Sequence record: JN673056
Strand: one strand, 5' to 3'
Length of the DNA stretch: 64,000 bases
DNA from: Escherichia phage PhaxI
The translations under genes were made by a program, and so were the position numbers. Under the pieces are notes generated by a model. It was not told where the DNA came from and did not search any database. It worked only from the letters and a program-made list of their open reading frames with translations. Shown one piece after another: positions 45,719-54,983 of the stretch (positions within the stretch are counted from its first letter, which is position 1; each line of letters begins with the position of its first letter).

Positions 45719-45746
45719 CAATTACAATATACCGTGGAGATACATT

Positions 45747-46553
45747 ATGAATTTACCATCATTGCCCAAAACTGAGAGAACACATAAAAGTGATTTCTGG
45801 CCGACTGTGATCAAATACCGCGCCTTTACAGCAGGGCAACAGACCATGTTACTTCAGGTTGCTGATCCGAACACTCCTATGAGTGAGCGCGTGGCAACAT
45901 TGGAGCAACTATTTGACAGTTGTGTTGATGCTGGCGTTCCCTTTAGTAAACTGCCAATCGGTGTTACTGAAGAAGTATTTTTAAAGATGCGCTGTATATC
46001 TATCGGCGAGGTCATGAAGATACGTTACAAATGTAATAACAAAGTTCAAGCCGAAACCAATGAAGGTGGTGAAGAACCAGTTTCTGGCCTTAAAGATTGT
46101 GGTCAAGAGCTTGTGTTACCGATCCCGCTCAATCAAGTAAAATGCGTGTCCCCAGAAGGCTTCAGGGAGACGTTTGATCTACCAGGTGGTTATCATATAA
46201 AGATGCGCCAGCCGTCCTTCTCGGATGCCTCAGTGCTTAATGAAGCATCCTCTGTTGAACAAATGATTGCCACCTTTATCGATTGTCTGTATGACGACGA
46301 TGGTCAGGTTTGGAAGGTGGAAAATCCGGCTGAACCTGGTATCGATCCAGAAGTTGCTAAAGAACGCCAACGCATTAAGGATGAATTTGTCAAATGGGTC
46401 GGGGACAATATTGAATCTGAGATTGTTCAGGACATTTCGAATGATTTCTTTAAAAAGATTCCGCGTATTCGTTACGCGACAAAAATTAAATGCCCTTCGT
46501 GTGGGAAAGAACACGAAGTCAAATTTAACAGTGTCACCGAGATTTTCATTTAA
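45747..46553 (+). CDS. late-expressed protein with C-terminal zinc ribbon, probably structural
   Basis: 268-aa ORF behind a late promoter; CPSCGKEHEV C-terminal motif. Confidence 0.5.
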   Translation: MNLPSLPKTERTHKSDFWPTVIKYRAFTAGQQTMLLQVADPNTPMSERVATLEQLFDSCVDAGVPFSKLPIGVTEEVFLKMRCISIGEVMKIRYKCNNKVQAETNEGGEEPVSGLKDCGQELVLPIPLNQVKCVSPEGFRETFDLPGGYHIKMRQPSFSDASVLNEASSVEQMIATFIDCLYDDDGQVWKVENPAEPGIDPEVAKERQRIKDEFVKWVGDNIESEIVQDISNDFFKKIPRIRYATKIKCPSCGKEHEVKFNSVTEIFI

Positions 46554-46704
46554 TTTTTGAAATTGATTTACTCTCCTATTTTGTGATGTGTGACGAATTA
46601 AAGGCACACGGCTATAGCATATTTGAAATCAGTGAATCGATGCCGTGGCATCTTGATTTGCTTACCGAGACACTGAAAATTAGATTGTCTAAGAAATCTT
46701 CCAA

Positions 46705-46729
46705 CCCCACGTAATGTGGGGTTTTCTTT
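46705..46729 (+). terminator. Rho-independent terminator
   Basis: CCCCAC-GTAAT-GTGGGG followed by TTTTCTTT, about 150 nt after the stop at 46553. Confidence 0.6.
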
Positions 46730-47030
46730 GCTTACATGTTTTATAGGTTAAGACAGGAACGTTTAACCTTAAATTGCTATAACACCGTTGTTGCTGAAGT
46801 AAGTGTTGTGTAATTGGGGTTTGAATTTGTTTTGAAGCAAAAATAATCCTTTTCTACGCATGTTCTGAGGTGTACAGTATTTTCCTCGCCTTTATGCCTC
46901 CATGGCATTGGAATGGGACTGCCTGTCAAGGCGGTGTTACGAGCTTCAGCGAGTAGGAACGAAAAGAATAAAGGTTGAACGGAAGCAGAGCTTCCTATAA
47001 TATATTATTCGACAGATTTCAAATCCCCGC

Positions 47031-47038
47031 CATAAATA
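47031..47038 (+). promoter_or_regulatory. late promoter-like element (CATAAATA)
   Basis: ATAAATA core 22-35 nt upstream of the two candidate gp5 ATGs. Confidence 0.35.
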
Positions 47039-47059
47039 TCACATGATTCTAATTGACTA

Positions 47060-48685
47060 ATGGGTTTCAATATGTTAGACAACTTGCGTTGGTTTTACGG
47101 GCGCGTTGAAGACGTGAATGATCCCGATCAAAACGGGCGCGTCGCAGTACGCATCTATGGGGTACAACACGAGGATACCACTCTCCTGCCTACAGAATTA
47201 TTGCCTTGGGGTAAAATGCTTATGCCAGCATCTAACGCCTCCTCGGCAGGTTTAGGCTGGTCTCCGACGGGTATCACTGTCGGCTCTGACGTCATGGGGT
47301 TTGCTTTGGATGAAGCATATCAGAACATCCGTATTGCATGGGTATGGCCAGCAGCAACACCAACAGATGGGTCAGATACAAACCCATTGGCGCTGGGTCA
47401 GGTCGTTCAATCTATAGAAAGGCAGAAGTATAATGCCGTCGAGAATGTTCCTGTTAAGATTGAGGATGAACCGCAACCGGATCCACAACCACCAGTAGAC
47501 GGATATGATCCTGAGAAGTGGATGACCGTGGCTCGTGGGGAATTGGGTGTCAAAGAATATTCTGGTAAGTTCAATAACAACCCAAGGATATTGGAATATC
47601 ATAAGACAACTTCCCTGGGGGCTTCAGAAGATGAAGTTAGTTGGTGTGCGTCGTTTGTTGGATGGGTTCTGATACAGGCCGGATATACATCAACACGTTC
47701 TGCTTTGGCTCGTTCATATTTACAATGGGGGTCTCCTCTGTCAGAACCACGTTACGGCGCTGTTGTAGTGTTCCGGCGCGGGAACAACCCGACATTCGGT
47801 CACGTTGCATTCGTTCAGAAATTTGACGCCAACTACGTTTGGTGTATCGGGGGAAACCAATCCGATTCTGTGAAGGTGAGCCGTTTTAGCCGCTCATCCG
47901 TGTTGGGTTATCGTTGGCCAGGTCCAGCAACTACAGCTTCAGCAGCTCCGGCACAACAAAACGGTAAATGGTCTGAACCTATTCCAGATCGTACCCCGAA
48001 AGTCCAAGAAACACCGCCTCCTTCTGGTCGTGTTCAGGATATTGACAATACAGGAGAGGTATCGGTTCCTTCGGCTGGGGGGTCTCGTTATCCATACAAC
48101 AATGTTATGGCTTCTCGCGCTGGGCATATTATGGAGGTCGATGACACTCCAGGCGGGGAACGTTTGCATTGGATGCACTCTTCTGGGTCTTACAAGCAAA
48201 TGCTTCCTGACGGTGATGTTGTTAATAAATCAGTCAAAGATCATTATGACCTGACGATGTTCGACAAACGTTATTATGTGGGGGGTGATCATAACCTGAC
48301 AATTGGTGGGACTGAAGTACAGCGTAAGAAAGGAGAAGTTTACCACTTACACTCTTCTAACTATTCCAATGTGGTCGCTGGAACAGCGTTGATGAAATTT
48401 TCCCAATTGGCTGAGATACAGGCACAGAACGTGTTGCGTCTCATCTGTGAAATGTTTGAAGTGTCTAACACTTTGAAGGTTCCTAAGATACTGGCAACTG
48501 AAATAATTTGTGATAAATTATCGGTCGCACAGACTATTGAAGGCAACATCAAATATGCTGAAGGCGCTGGTCGCGCCGCCTCACGTGCGGGGGCAACTCC
48601 TGTAACAACTACAGGCCCAGGTCCAATTGATATAAAACCGGAGTTAGAGGATAACGGTGGCAATTTTGGTGGTAAAGGCGCATGA
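47060..48685 (+). CDS. 5: baseplate central spike / hub protein gp5-like with CHAP peptidase domain
   Basis: N-terminal OB-fold signature NLRWFYGRVEDVNDPDQNGRVAVRIYG like T4 gp5; central Cys/His domain (SWCASFVGW ... TFGHVAFV) typical of CHAP/NlpC-P60 hydrolases; Gly-rich C-terminus. Confidence 0.7.
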   Translation: MGFNMLDNLRWFYGRVEDVNDPDQNGRVAVRIYGVQHEDTTLLPTELLPWGKMLMPASNASSAGLGWSPTGITVGSDVMGFALDEAYQNIRIAWVWPAATPTDGSDTNPLALGQVVQSIERQKYNAVENVPVKIEDEPQPDPQPPVDGYDPEKWMTVARGELGVKEYSGKFNNNPRILEYHKTTSLGASEDEVSWCASFVGWVLIQAGYTSTRSALARSYLQWGSPLSEPRYGAVVVFRRGNNPTFGHVAFVQKFDANYVWCIGGNQSDSVKVSRFSRSSVLGYRWPGPATTASAAPAQQNGKWSEPIPDRTPKVQETPPPSGRVQDIDNTGEVSVPSAGGSRYPYNNVMASRAGHIMEVDDTPGGERLHWMHSSGSYKQMLPDGDVVNKSVKDHYDLTMFDKRYYVGGDHNLTIGGTEVQRKKGEVYHLHSSNYSNVVAGTALMKFSQLAEIQAQNVLRLICEMFEVSNTLKVPKILATEIICDKLSVAQTIEGNIKYAEGAGRAASRAGATPVTTTGPGPIDIKPELEDNGGNFGGKGA

Positions 48686-48749
48686 TTACACTGGTGAGGG
48701 CAGATAATGCCCTCTCGTGCTGGAGAGGCAATATCCAAAGGGGTTTAAC

Positions 48750-49124
48750 ATGAAAGAGTACAAAGACATTGACCTGAAGTTTGGCATGCATCCGGTCACC
48801 AAAGATGTCACTAAGAAAACAGGCATTTATGCTGTACTACAATCTGTGCGAAATATCGTGATGTCTACAGTAGTGATTGGGCCGACGTATCCGAGTATTG
48901 GGGCGGGGTTGTATACCATGCTGGGAGAAAATACAAATCCCACGATTACAGTCGACGTGAGACAAAGTGAAGATGCCATGCTCTTTGAGCCAAGAGCTGA
49001 ATTGCAATCTGTTGATGTATCATTGTCTGACGATTATCATTCTCTGGGCGTAACCATCACGTTCTATGTGGTCAACAACCCAGAGCCGATAACAGACACC
49101 ATATGGTTAAAACGCACAAACTGA
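48750..49124 (+). CDS. 25: baseplate wedge protein (gp25/GPW/TssE family)
   Basis: Start ATG 48750 after AAAGGGG; pattern VLQSVRNIVMST..G...P..G......EN......V...........EPRAELQSVDV matches gp25/TssE. Confidence 0.55.
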   Translation: MKEYKDIDLKFGMHPVTKDVTKKTGIYAVLQSVRNIVMSTVVIGPTYPSIGAGLYTMLGENTNPTITVDVRQSEDAMLFEPRAELQSVDVSLSDDYHSLGVTITFYVVNNPEPITDTIWLKRTN

Positions 49125-49463
49125 TTAAGGTGCGTTGGTATTGGAGCGGTTGGTAATTATTTCAAAATGCGTCAGTAAACGGTACAGTAATTTCCCACCT
49201 ATTCTATGGACTATGGTGGTTGGCTTTAGGTTAACCACCACCCCATCTAGTCTCCCCGTCAACACAAATGTTAAACGAATGCGAAGGATATCACTGCCTT
49301 CAGAACGCATTATTTGACAGTCATGGCTGTACCCTATTTCTTTCCCTTTGAGGACAAGAGGAACATGTGCGCTTTCCTTTAACAGGGTATCTAAATTTTC
49401 AAATAAAGGTTCTTCTTTGTTATTGACGGAATACACCGTCTCTAATATCGGGAATTTATACAT
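49125..49463 (-). CDS. hypothetical protein
   Basis: 112-aa ORF. Confidence 0.4.
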   Translation of the reverse strand: MYKFPILETVYSVNNKEEPLFENLDTLLKESAHVPLVLKGKEIGYSHDCQIMRSEGSDILRIRLTFVLTGRLDGVVVNLKPTTIVHRIGGKLLYRLLTHFEIITNRSNTNAP

Positions 49464-49464
49464 A

Positions 49465-49926
49465 TCATGGCACCAACGTAATCACAATCATGTTGAGTAC
49501 CGTATCAACCGCGACACCAGAATCCTCTTCATGTATGGTTGAGGCGCGCAAGTGGATATCTGAAATATAATTGTCTATATGCATCGACGTCAAATAAGGA
49601 CGGTGTTGATACACAGGACGGTTGACCTGAACATATTCACGCAGAATGCTGAATGAAAAGTCTTCACATTGAGTGGTGTCAATGCGCAAAAATCTTTGAG
49701 CATGGCAGGTCTTTAACTCGGTCACTTTCCCCAAATAATGGAGGTCTCCGGATGAACCGATACGGAACATTACGTCTACTTCAGATTTGAAAATTTCGCG
49801 TTCAATAAGGGTCGCTGGTGCCCAACAAACTTCTTCCTTGTCTTCAGCAAACAACGTATCGATCACTTCTGGTAATTGGATATAACCAAAGTTGTGGCGG
49901 GGGTTGGTGAGTAATTTGTTGGACAT
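49465..49926 (-). CDS. hypothetical protein
   Basis: 153-aa ORF. Confidence 0.4.
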   Translation of the reverse strand: MSNKLLTNPRHNFGYIQLPEVIDTLFAEDKEEVCWAPATLIEREIFKSEVDVMFRIGSSGDLHYLGKVTELKTCHAQRFLRIDTTQCEDFSFSILREYVQVNRPVYQHRPYLTSMHIDNYISDIHLRASTIHEEDSGVAVDTVLNMIVITLVP

Positions 49927-49927
49927 G

Positions 49928-50161
49928 TTATGCTCCTATTACGTGCTGTTTGGCTTGTTCATAGGCTGTGCGGAGTTCAAGATAAGAATCTGCCAACAAC
50001 GGTGATTTGTCGTTTTTCCGATTCATGATTATTTGGTGGTTAACGACAGCACGGCGTAATCTGAGTTCTGCCACCCAGAATGCTTTTTGTTTTGCGTGTC
50101 CTGGACGGGCGCGTAGGTCGTGATAATGCATAGAAGCATGATATATTTCAGAGTTGGTCAT
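49928..50161 (-). CDS. hypothetical protein
   Basis: Start trimmed to the ATG inside the conserved AGGAACTATATCATG context (MTNSEIYH...). Confidence 0.4.
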   Translation of the reverse strand: MTNSEIYHASMHYHDLRARPGHAKQKAFWVAELRLRRAVVNHQIIMNRKNDKSPLLADSYLELRTAYEQAKQHVIGA

Positions 50162-50202
50162 GATATAGTTCCTGCTATTCAATTTGTGGCGTTGGCCAAT
50201 GA

Positions 50203-50231
50203 ATTACTGGGAAGTATAGGTGGGAAGGTTT
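50203..50231 (-). promoter_or_regulatory. sigma70-type (T4 early-like) promoter
   Basis: Minus strand TTTACT - 17 nt - TATACT, directly after the upstream terminator. Confidence 0.45.
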
Positions 50232-50248
50232 CAAAAGTAAAGCCCCTC
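50226..50248 (-). terminator. Rho-independent terminator
   Basis: GCCCCTC-AAT-GAGGGGC hairpin followed on the minus strand by UUUACUUUU, after the glutaredoxin gene stop. Confidence 0.55.
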
Positions 50249-50267
50249 ATTGAGGGGCTTTGAAAGA

Positions 50268-50492
50268 TCAGCGTTTCAAACTTGCGGCGAGTCCAGTAAC
50301 GTCGGTCACGGTTTGGTCAGCCAGAACAATCACGGGCATAGACATGCGTTGCTTACCAGTGATTTTCTGTAATTCTTCCAGCTTGTAGTCTTTGTCTAGC
50401 TTCAGAATTTGGTGTTCAATACCGCGAATGCGACAGATGTTTTCAGCTTGTAAACATTGCGCACAACCTTGTTTGGAATAAATCGTAATCAT
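50268..50492 (-). CDS. glutaredoxin/thioredoxin-like protein (NrdC/NrdH-like)
   Basis: 74 aa; redox motif YSKQGCAQC; last gene of the nrdA-nrdB operon. Confidence 0.65.
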   Translation of the reverse strand: MITIYSKQGCAQCLQAENICRIRGIEHQILKLDKDYKLEELQKITGKQRMSMPVIVLADQTVTDVTGLAASLKR

Positions 50493-50501
50493 TTCTCACC
50501 T

Positions 50502-51605
50502 TTAGGCAAATTTCAGACCGTCGGAGACTGATCCAGTAAGGACACCAGTCAGATAATCAGGGGCTTCCGCTTCCTGTAATGCATATTGCATTGTTTTATT
50601 ATCTAGCCACTCATTTATCCATGGCACTGGATTGTCTTTACGGGCTTGTCCTGGATATGGGTGGCCAATAGCTCCCATACGGTGTGTTGCCAACCAGTCC
50701 ACCATTTGATGAAGGATATTGGCATTCAGTCCCAGCATTGAGCCGTCTTTGAACAGATAATTTGCCCATTCTTTTTCTTGGTTGACAACGTCGACATACA
50801 CCTGGGTCATTTCGCCGCGCAGTTCTTCTCTAATAATGGCAAAATCAGGGTCCATTAGTGGCAGACGGTTCAGGAAAGTCTGGGTCAGGATGAGGTGATC
50901 TTGCTCATCACAAGCAATCTGGCGGATGATTTTAGCGTTCCCTTCCATTTTGTTAAGGAATTGCATGAATGCCCAAGAACACGCAAATGAAACATAGAAA
51001 CGGACGCCTTCGAGGGAGTTAGCAGCAAATAGAGCACGCCAGAATGCACGCTTGGCGTTCATGATGTCTTCACGGGTGAACGCGCGTCCAGCCATACGCA
51101 TCCCGCTGTAACGCACCATGTCGTCGTAGTATACACTGATCTGTCCGGCGCAATCGACGATCTCCTGAACGTCCAGAACATGGTCAAAAACGATACCAGG
51201 ATCATTCACTGTGTTACGAAGGATATGCGTATAAGATAGTGAGTGGATGGCTTCTTGGCGCGTCCACTCCAGAATAGCAAATTGCGCTTCTGGTGTTGAT
51301 GCCCATGGGCCAAACGCTTCGAACGGAGCAGCGCCCTGAATAGAATCCAGCATGGTCTGTCGTTTCAAATTGCTGAAGTAAATGTGTTGTTCTGCTGCGG
51401 AGAGCGTGGCGAAGTCGGCTTTGTCTTTGGTCACGTCTACTTCTTCCGGACGCCAGAATTGACTAAGACCTTTTTCATACCATTTCTGTACAAAAGGCCA
51501 TGCGACTTTGTCATAGCGTTGAATGCTCACAGGGTCGCCAAAGAACGGCAAACCTGTATTATCTGAAGATGGGTCAAATACTGAAAATTGCTTTTGTTCG
51601 TTCAT
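50502..51605 (-). CDS. nrdB: ribonucleotide reductase small subunit (class Ia beta)
   Basis: 367 aa; di-iron ferritin-like core (EAIHSLSYTHI, E..H ligands); directly downstream of nrdA. Confidence 0.85.
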   Translation of the reverse strand: MNEQKQFSVFDPSSDNTGLPFFGDPVSIQRYDKVAWPFVQKWYEKGLSQFWRPEEVDVTKDKADFATLSAAEQHIYFSNLKRQTMLDSIQGAAPFEAFGPWASTPEAQFAILEWTRQEAIHSLSYTHILRNTVNDPGIVFDHVLDVQEIVDCAGQISVYYDDMVRYSGMRMAGRAFTREDIMNAKRAFWRALFAANSLEGVRFYVSFACSWAFMQFLNKMEGNAKIIRQIACDEQDHLILTQTFLNRLPLMDPDFAIIREELRGEMTQVYVDVVNQEKEWANYLFKDGSMLGLNANILHQMVDWLATHRMGAIGHPYPGQARKDNPVPWINEWLDNKTMQYALQEAEAPDYLTGVLTGSVSDGLKFA

Positions 51606-51675
51606 GTTTCTTTCCTGATGAATAAGGGGTGACGAATCACCCCTGATATTAAACGTTTGTGTTGTATAGACCTAA

Positions 51676-53952
51676 TCAAACAACACAGGTGTCACAAATT
51701 TCTTCAACTTGTTTCAGCTCCTCGTCTTCCTTGGAGTCTTTGTTGGTGTTGTAATACAGAGTTTTACCACCCCACATGTAGAAAGACAGAATATCCTGCA
51801 TCATAAGAGAGCGCGGGATCTTGCCTTCTGGATATTTCTCTGGGTCATACCATGTGTTGGTGCTGATGGATTGATCTACCCAACGTTGTATGACCGCCGC
51901 CGTCTTCAGGTATTCAATACAATCCAGATTCCATTTCAGGTCATATAGAGGACCAAGGGTTTCTACATCCGGAACGATCTGTTTATAGACGCCGTCCTTG
52001 CTGCCTTTGATGCTGATGAGACCTTTTGGTGGCTCTATACCGTTCGTTGCGTTCAGCACCTGAGAGGAGCTTTCAGTTGGTGCTACGGCTAACAACGTGG
52101 CGTTACGGATCCCATACTCGGATAGGTTCTGCTTCAGACCTTCCCAGTCAAGACCATAGGCTTGCCCAACAGGCTTTTTGCCATTGGGTAGGATGTCCAG
52201 CGGGAGAGGCTGAAGGTCGGCTGTCACAAATCCAGAATCATGGATAGTTGACTTCTTACAAGATCCGAAACGCATGGCCAGACGGTTGGACGCTTTGACC
52301 AAGTAGAAATGAAGATGCGCCATCCACTTGTCTAGAAGTTCTAATCCGATAGGCGATCCATAACCCGTGAAATTCTTGGCCAGGAAATGTGCGACGTTGA
52401 CGATACCGATACCCAGAGGACGATATTCTTCTACGGCCAAACGGGCTTGGCGAGCTGGGTAGTCCTGATATTCCAACAACATATCCAAAGCTGAAACCAG
52501 AACGAAAGCAACATCTTCCATTTCTGTTGGATCTTCAAACGCCGTCAGGTTAAATGATGCGAGTGTACATAGGGCAATGCGACCATCTTCATCATCATAC
52601 TGTTGGAACTCACGAGTCGGAAGCGCGATTTCTAAACACAGATTAGAGCTATAAATCGTGTCCAAATTGAACGGACTATACTCGTTCATGTGATCAACGA
52701 ATGCGATGTAGATCCGTCCAGTGTCAGAACGCTGGTCTAGTAGCATTTGGAACACTTCTTCAGCTTGCAGCTTTTTGGAACGACATAACCCGGCGTCGGC
52801 AGCCTTGATCATATTGTCGTACATTTCGCGGAATTTATTGACGTCTGCGAAAAATGCTTCATACATTTCGCGGTTGTCTTTTGGATCAAACAGGTATAGA
52901 GGCTGTTTGTTCACCAGGCGCTCGAACATGACGCGGTTAATCTGAATCCCATAGTCGATACGGCGTTCACGGTTCTCTTCCAATCCACGGTTGTTTTTGA
53001 GAACAACGACATCATCAAATTGATAATGCCAGATGGGAACATAGCATGTTGCCGATCCACCACGGATACCGCCTTGAGAGCAAGACTTCAGGGCACCAGT
53101 CAAATACTTGATGAATGGAACCAGACCTGTATGGACCATTTCCCCTTTACGGATAGGGCTACCGATGCCACGAATTGCCCCAACATCGAATCCAATGCCA
53201 GCACGTTTGGAAACATAATCCACGATGCTTTTCGCAGTGGCATTAATTGAGTCCAATGTATCACCAGTTTTGATCAATACACAAGAGCTGAACTGTCGGG
53301 TCGGGGTGCGGACGCCGGACATAATAGGTGTTGGAAGACTGAATTTGCCTGTACTGGCGTATTCATAGAACTTCTTCACCATTGTCAGTCTGCTTTCTTT
53401 ATCCCACGCTGAGAATAATGCCATAGCGATTGCCATGTACATGACTTGAGGGGTTTCATAATACACTTTGCTGTCAGAAGAACGATCACGCAAAAGATAT
53501 TTTTGAGTCAGCTGGCCCATTGCTGCCCAAGTGAAATTCTTGTCGCGTTTGTGGTTGATGACTGTGTTAAGTTCTTCGAATTCTTCTTTAGAGTAAAGTT
53601 CGAGGAATTCACGATCATAAACGCCCTGCTTGATGTTTTTAGCGAAGATATCAAGCAAATGAGGTGGTTTGTACCGCCCATAGACGACTTTGCGCAGGTC
53701 ATACGATTTCAGGCGGGCAGCAACATATTGGTAGTTGGGTTTTTCTACGGAAATCAATGTAGCCGCCGCTTGGATGATAATATCCTGAATGCGTTCGGTT
53801 TTCATATTGTCTGTGAACTGAATCTTCGATGCTGCTTCTACCTCAGACACTGAAACTCCTTCTAAACCTTCACATGCACGTTCAAGAACAGTGTGGAGTT
53901 TTTCAATGTCAAAGGGGACAGAAGATCCGTCCCGCTTTATGATGTTAATCAT
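51676..53952 (-). CDS. nrdA: ribonucleotide reductase large subunit (class Ia alpha)
   Basis: 758 aa; N-terminal ATP-cone, active-site motif NLCLEIALP, C-terminal CDTC redox pair. Confidence 0.9.
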   Translation of the reverse strand: MINIIKRDGSSVPFDIEKLHTVLERACEGLEGVSVSEVEAASKIQFTDNMKTERIQDIIIQAAATLISVEKPNYQYVAARLKSYDLRKVVYGRYKPPHLLDIFAKNIKQGVYDREFLELYSKEEFEELNTVINHKRDKNFTWAAMGQLTQKYLLRDRSSDSKVYYETPQVMYMAIAMALFSAWDKESRLTMVKKFYEYASTGKFSLPTPIMSGVRTPTRQFSSCVLIKTGDTLDSINATAKSIVDYVSKRAGIGFDVGAIRGIGSPIRKGEMVHTGLVPFIKYLTGALKSCSQGGIRGGSATCYVPIWHYQFDDVVVLKNNRGLEENRERRIDYGIQINRVMFERLVNKQPLYLFDPKDNREMYEAFFADVNKFREMYDNMIKAADAGLCRSKKLQAEEVFQMLLDQRSDTGRIYIAFVDHMNEYSPFNLDTIYSSNLCLEIALPTREFQQYDDEDGRIALCTLASFNLTAFEDPTEMEDVAFVLVSALDMLLEYQDYPARQARLAVEEYRPLGIGIVNVAHFLAKNFTGYGSPIGLELLDKWMAHLHFYLVKASNRLAMRFGSCKKSTIHDSGFVTADLQPLPLDILPNGKKPVGQAYGLDWEGLKQNLSEYGIRNATLLAVAPTESSSQVLNATNGIEPPKGLISIKGSKDGVYKQIVPDVETLGPLYDLKWNLDCIEYLKTAAVIQRWVDQSISTNTWYDPEKYPEGKIPRSLMMQDILSFYMWGGKTLYYNTNKDSKEDEELKQVEEICDTCVV

Positions 53953-54036
53953 AGCGATCCTCGGTTTGTGTTAATGCAGGCTGTTATTATACGTCGCCTC
54001 CATGGATTGAAGGCGACGGGGAAGTTCGTGTGGTAT

Positions 54037-54912
54037 TTAAATGTTGTACAGGTCGTTAATTTCTAACATCAGGCGGGTGAAGTTGCCGCGACCATTACGA
54101 TCAGACTTATCGAATTCGATGATGCTGAATGGTTGAACCCACTCTGGATATTCATCTCCGATTTCTACACCGTCAATTTGCAAGGAACCTGTTTCCAGCT
54201 TGTTGTTGAAGTCTTTAAAGGAATCCACATACGTCTGTAACGCACTATCACGCAGTCGCTTGTTGGACTGTTTGATATCTCCATTCACGAAGATGTACGA
54301 AGAATCTGAAGCGCGAGTCAACAAGTTTTTCAGCTGCTCCATATCGCATTCCTGCGCTTCTTCGATAATCAGGAAACACTCATCGAAAGTCATCCCCTTT
54401 ACAGTTTCAAGGTCTTGAATTTCTATGATGCGTTTCTCCCACAGATAGTTGAAGAAACCGTCGGAACCCGTATCTGTTTTGAGAACCTTTTTGAATGTCT
54501 GTATGAGCGGCATCAAATAAGGCATCAGCTTTTCATATGTGTCACCAGGCCGGAACCCTGCTGTGGTGCCAGTTGGAAGGGGAGAACGCGTGATGATAAT
54601 CTTGTTGATGGTTTTGTCAATCAGATGTTTTGCTGCAGCAGATGCACCACAATAGGATTTGCCTGTACCTGCCGGACCGATAGCGATAGTGAGATGTTCA
54701 TTGAGTGCGGATTGATATGCGAGGTTCTGATTTTCTGAGAGGCCATTGAACGGAGCAATTTTGAAATCGCCTTTGGAAAACTTCATCCAGTCTTCTTCCT
54801 TCTGGATGGTGTCTTTCTTACGAGCAGATTTTGTCTTCGCTGGCTTCATGGATACAACTTTAGACGCAGATTGCATGTTGAACCTTCCTATATCTACAGG
54901 GGTTGTCGACAC
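54037..54912 (-). CDS. phoH: PhoH-family ATPase
   Basis: 291 aa; Walker A GPAGTGKSY and overall PhoH-like layout. Confidence 0.8.
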   Translation of the reverse strand: MSTTPVDIGRFNMQSASKVVSMKPAKTKSARKKDTIQKEEDWMKFSKGDFKIAPFNGLSENQNLAYQSALNEHLTIAIGPAGTGKSYCGASAAAKHLIDKTINKIIITRSPLPTGTTAGFRPGDTYEKLMPYLMPLIQTFKKVLKTDTGSDGFFNYLWEKRIIEIQDLETVKGMTFDECFLIIEEAQECDMEQLKNLLTRASDSSYIFVNGDIKQSNKRLRDSALQTYVDSFKDFNNKLETGSLQIDGVEIGDEYPEWVQPFSIIEFDKSDRNGRGNFTRLMLEINDLYNI

Positions 54913-54950
54913 CTTTAATTAAGCGACACGCCCAGCATACCTGTATATCA

Positions 54951-54978
54951 GATAAAGAAAAAGGCCGTTTCCGGCCTT
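54951..54978 (-). terminator. Rho-independent terminator
   Basis: AAGGCCG-TTTC-CGGCCTT hairpin followed on the minus strand by UUUCUUUAUC, after the endolysin stop. Confidence 0.6.
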
Positions 54979-54983
54979 GAGAA

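Noticed and set aside
46554-47059. tRNA gene or CRISPR array in the long non-coding region
   Set aside because: No T-loop consensus (GTTCRANTC) with matching acceptor stem and no regularly spaced direct repeats; only isolated hairpins
49125-49926. Single gene split by a frameshift (ORFs 49465..49926 and 49125..49463)
   Set aside because: The two ORFs abut with a normal stop followed by a start and show no obvious continuity of sequence features; kept as two genes. While hand-checking this junction I found a 1-nt inconsistency between my reading of the printed sequence and the track, so hand-placed coordinates may be off by 1
51709-53853. Several 70-135-aa plus-strand ORFs within nrdA
   Set aside because: Antisense to the highly conserved nrdA frame
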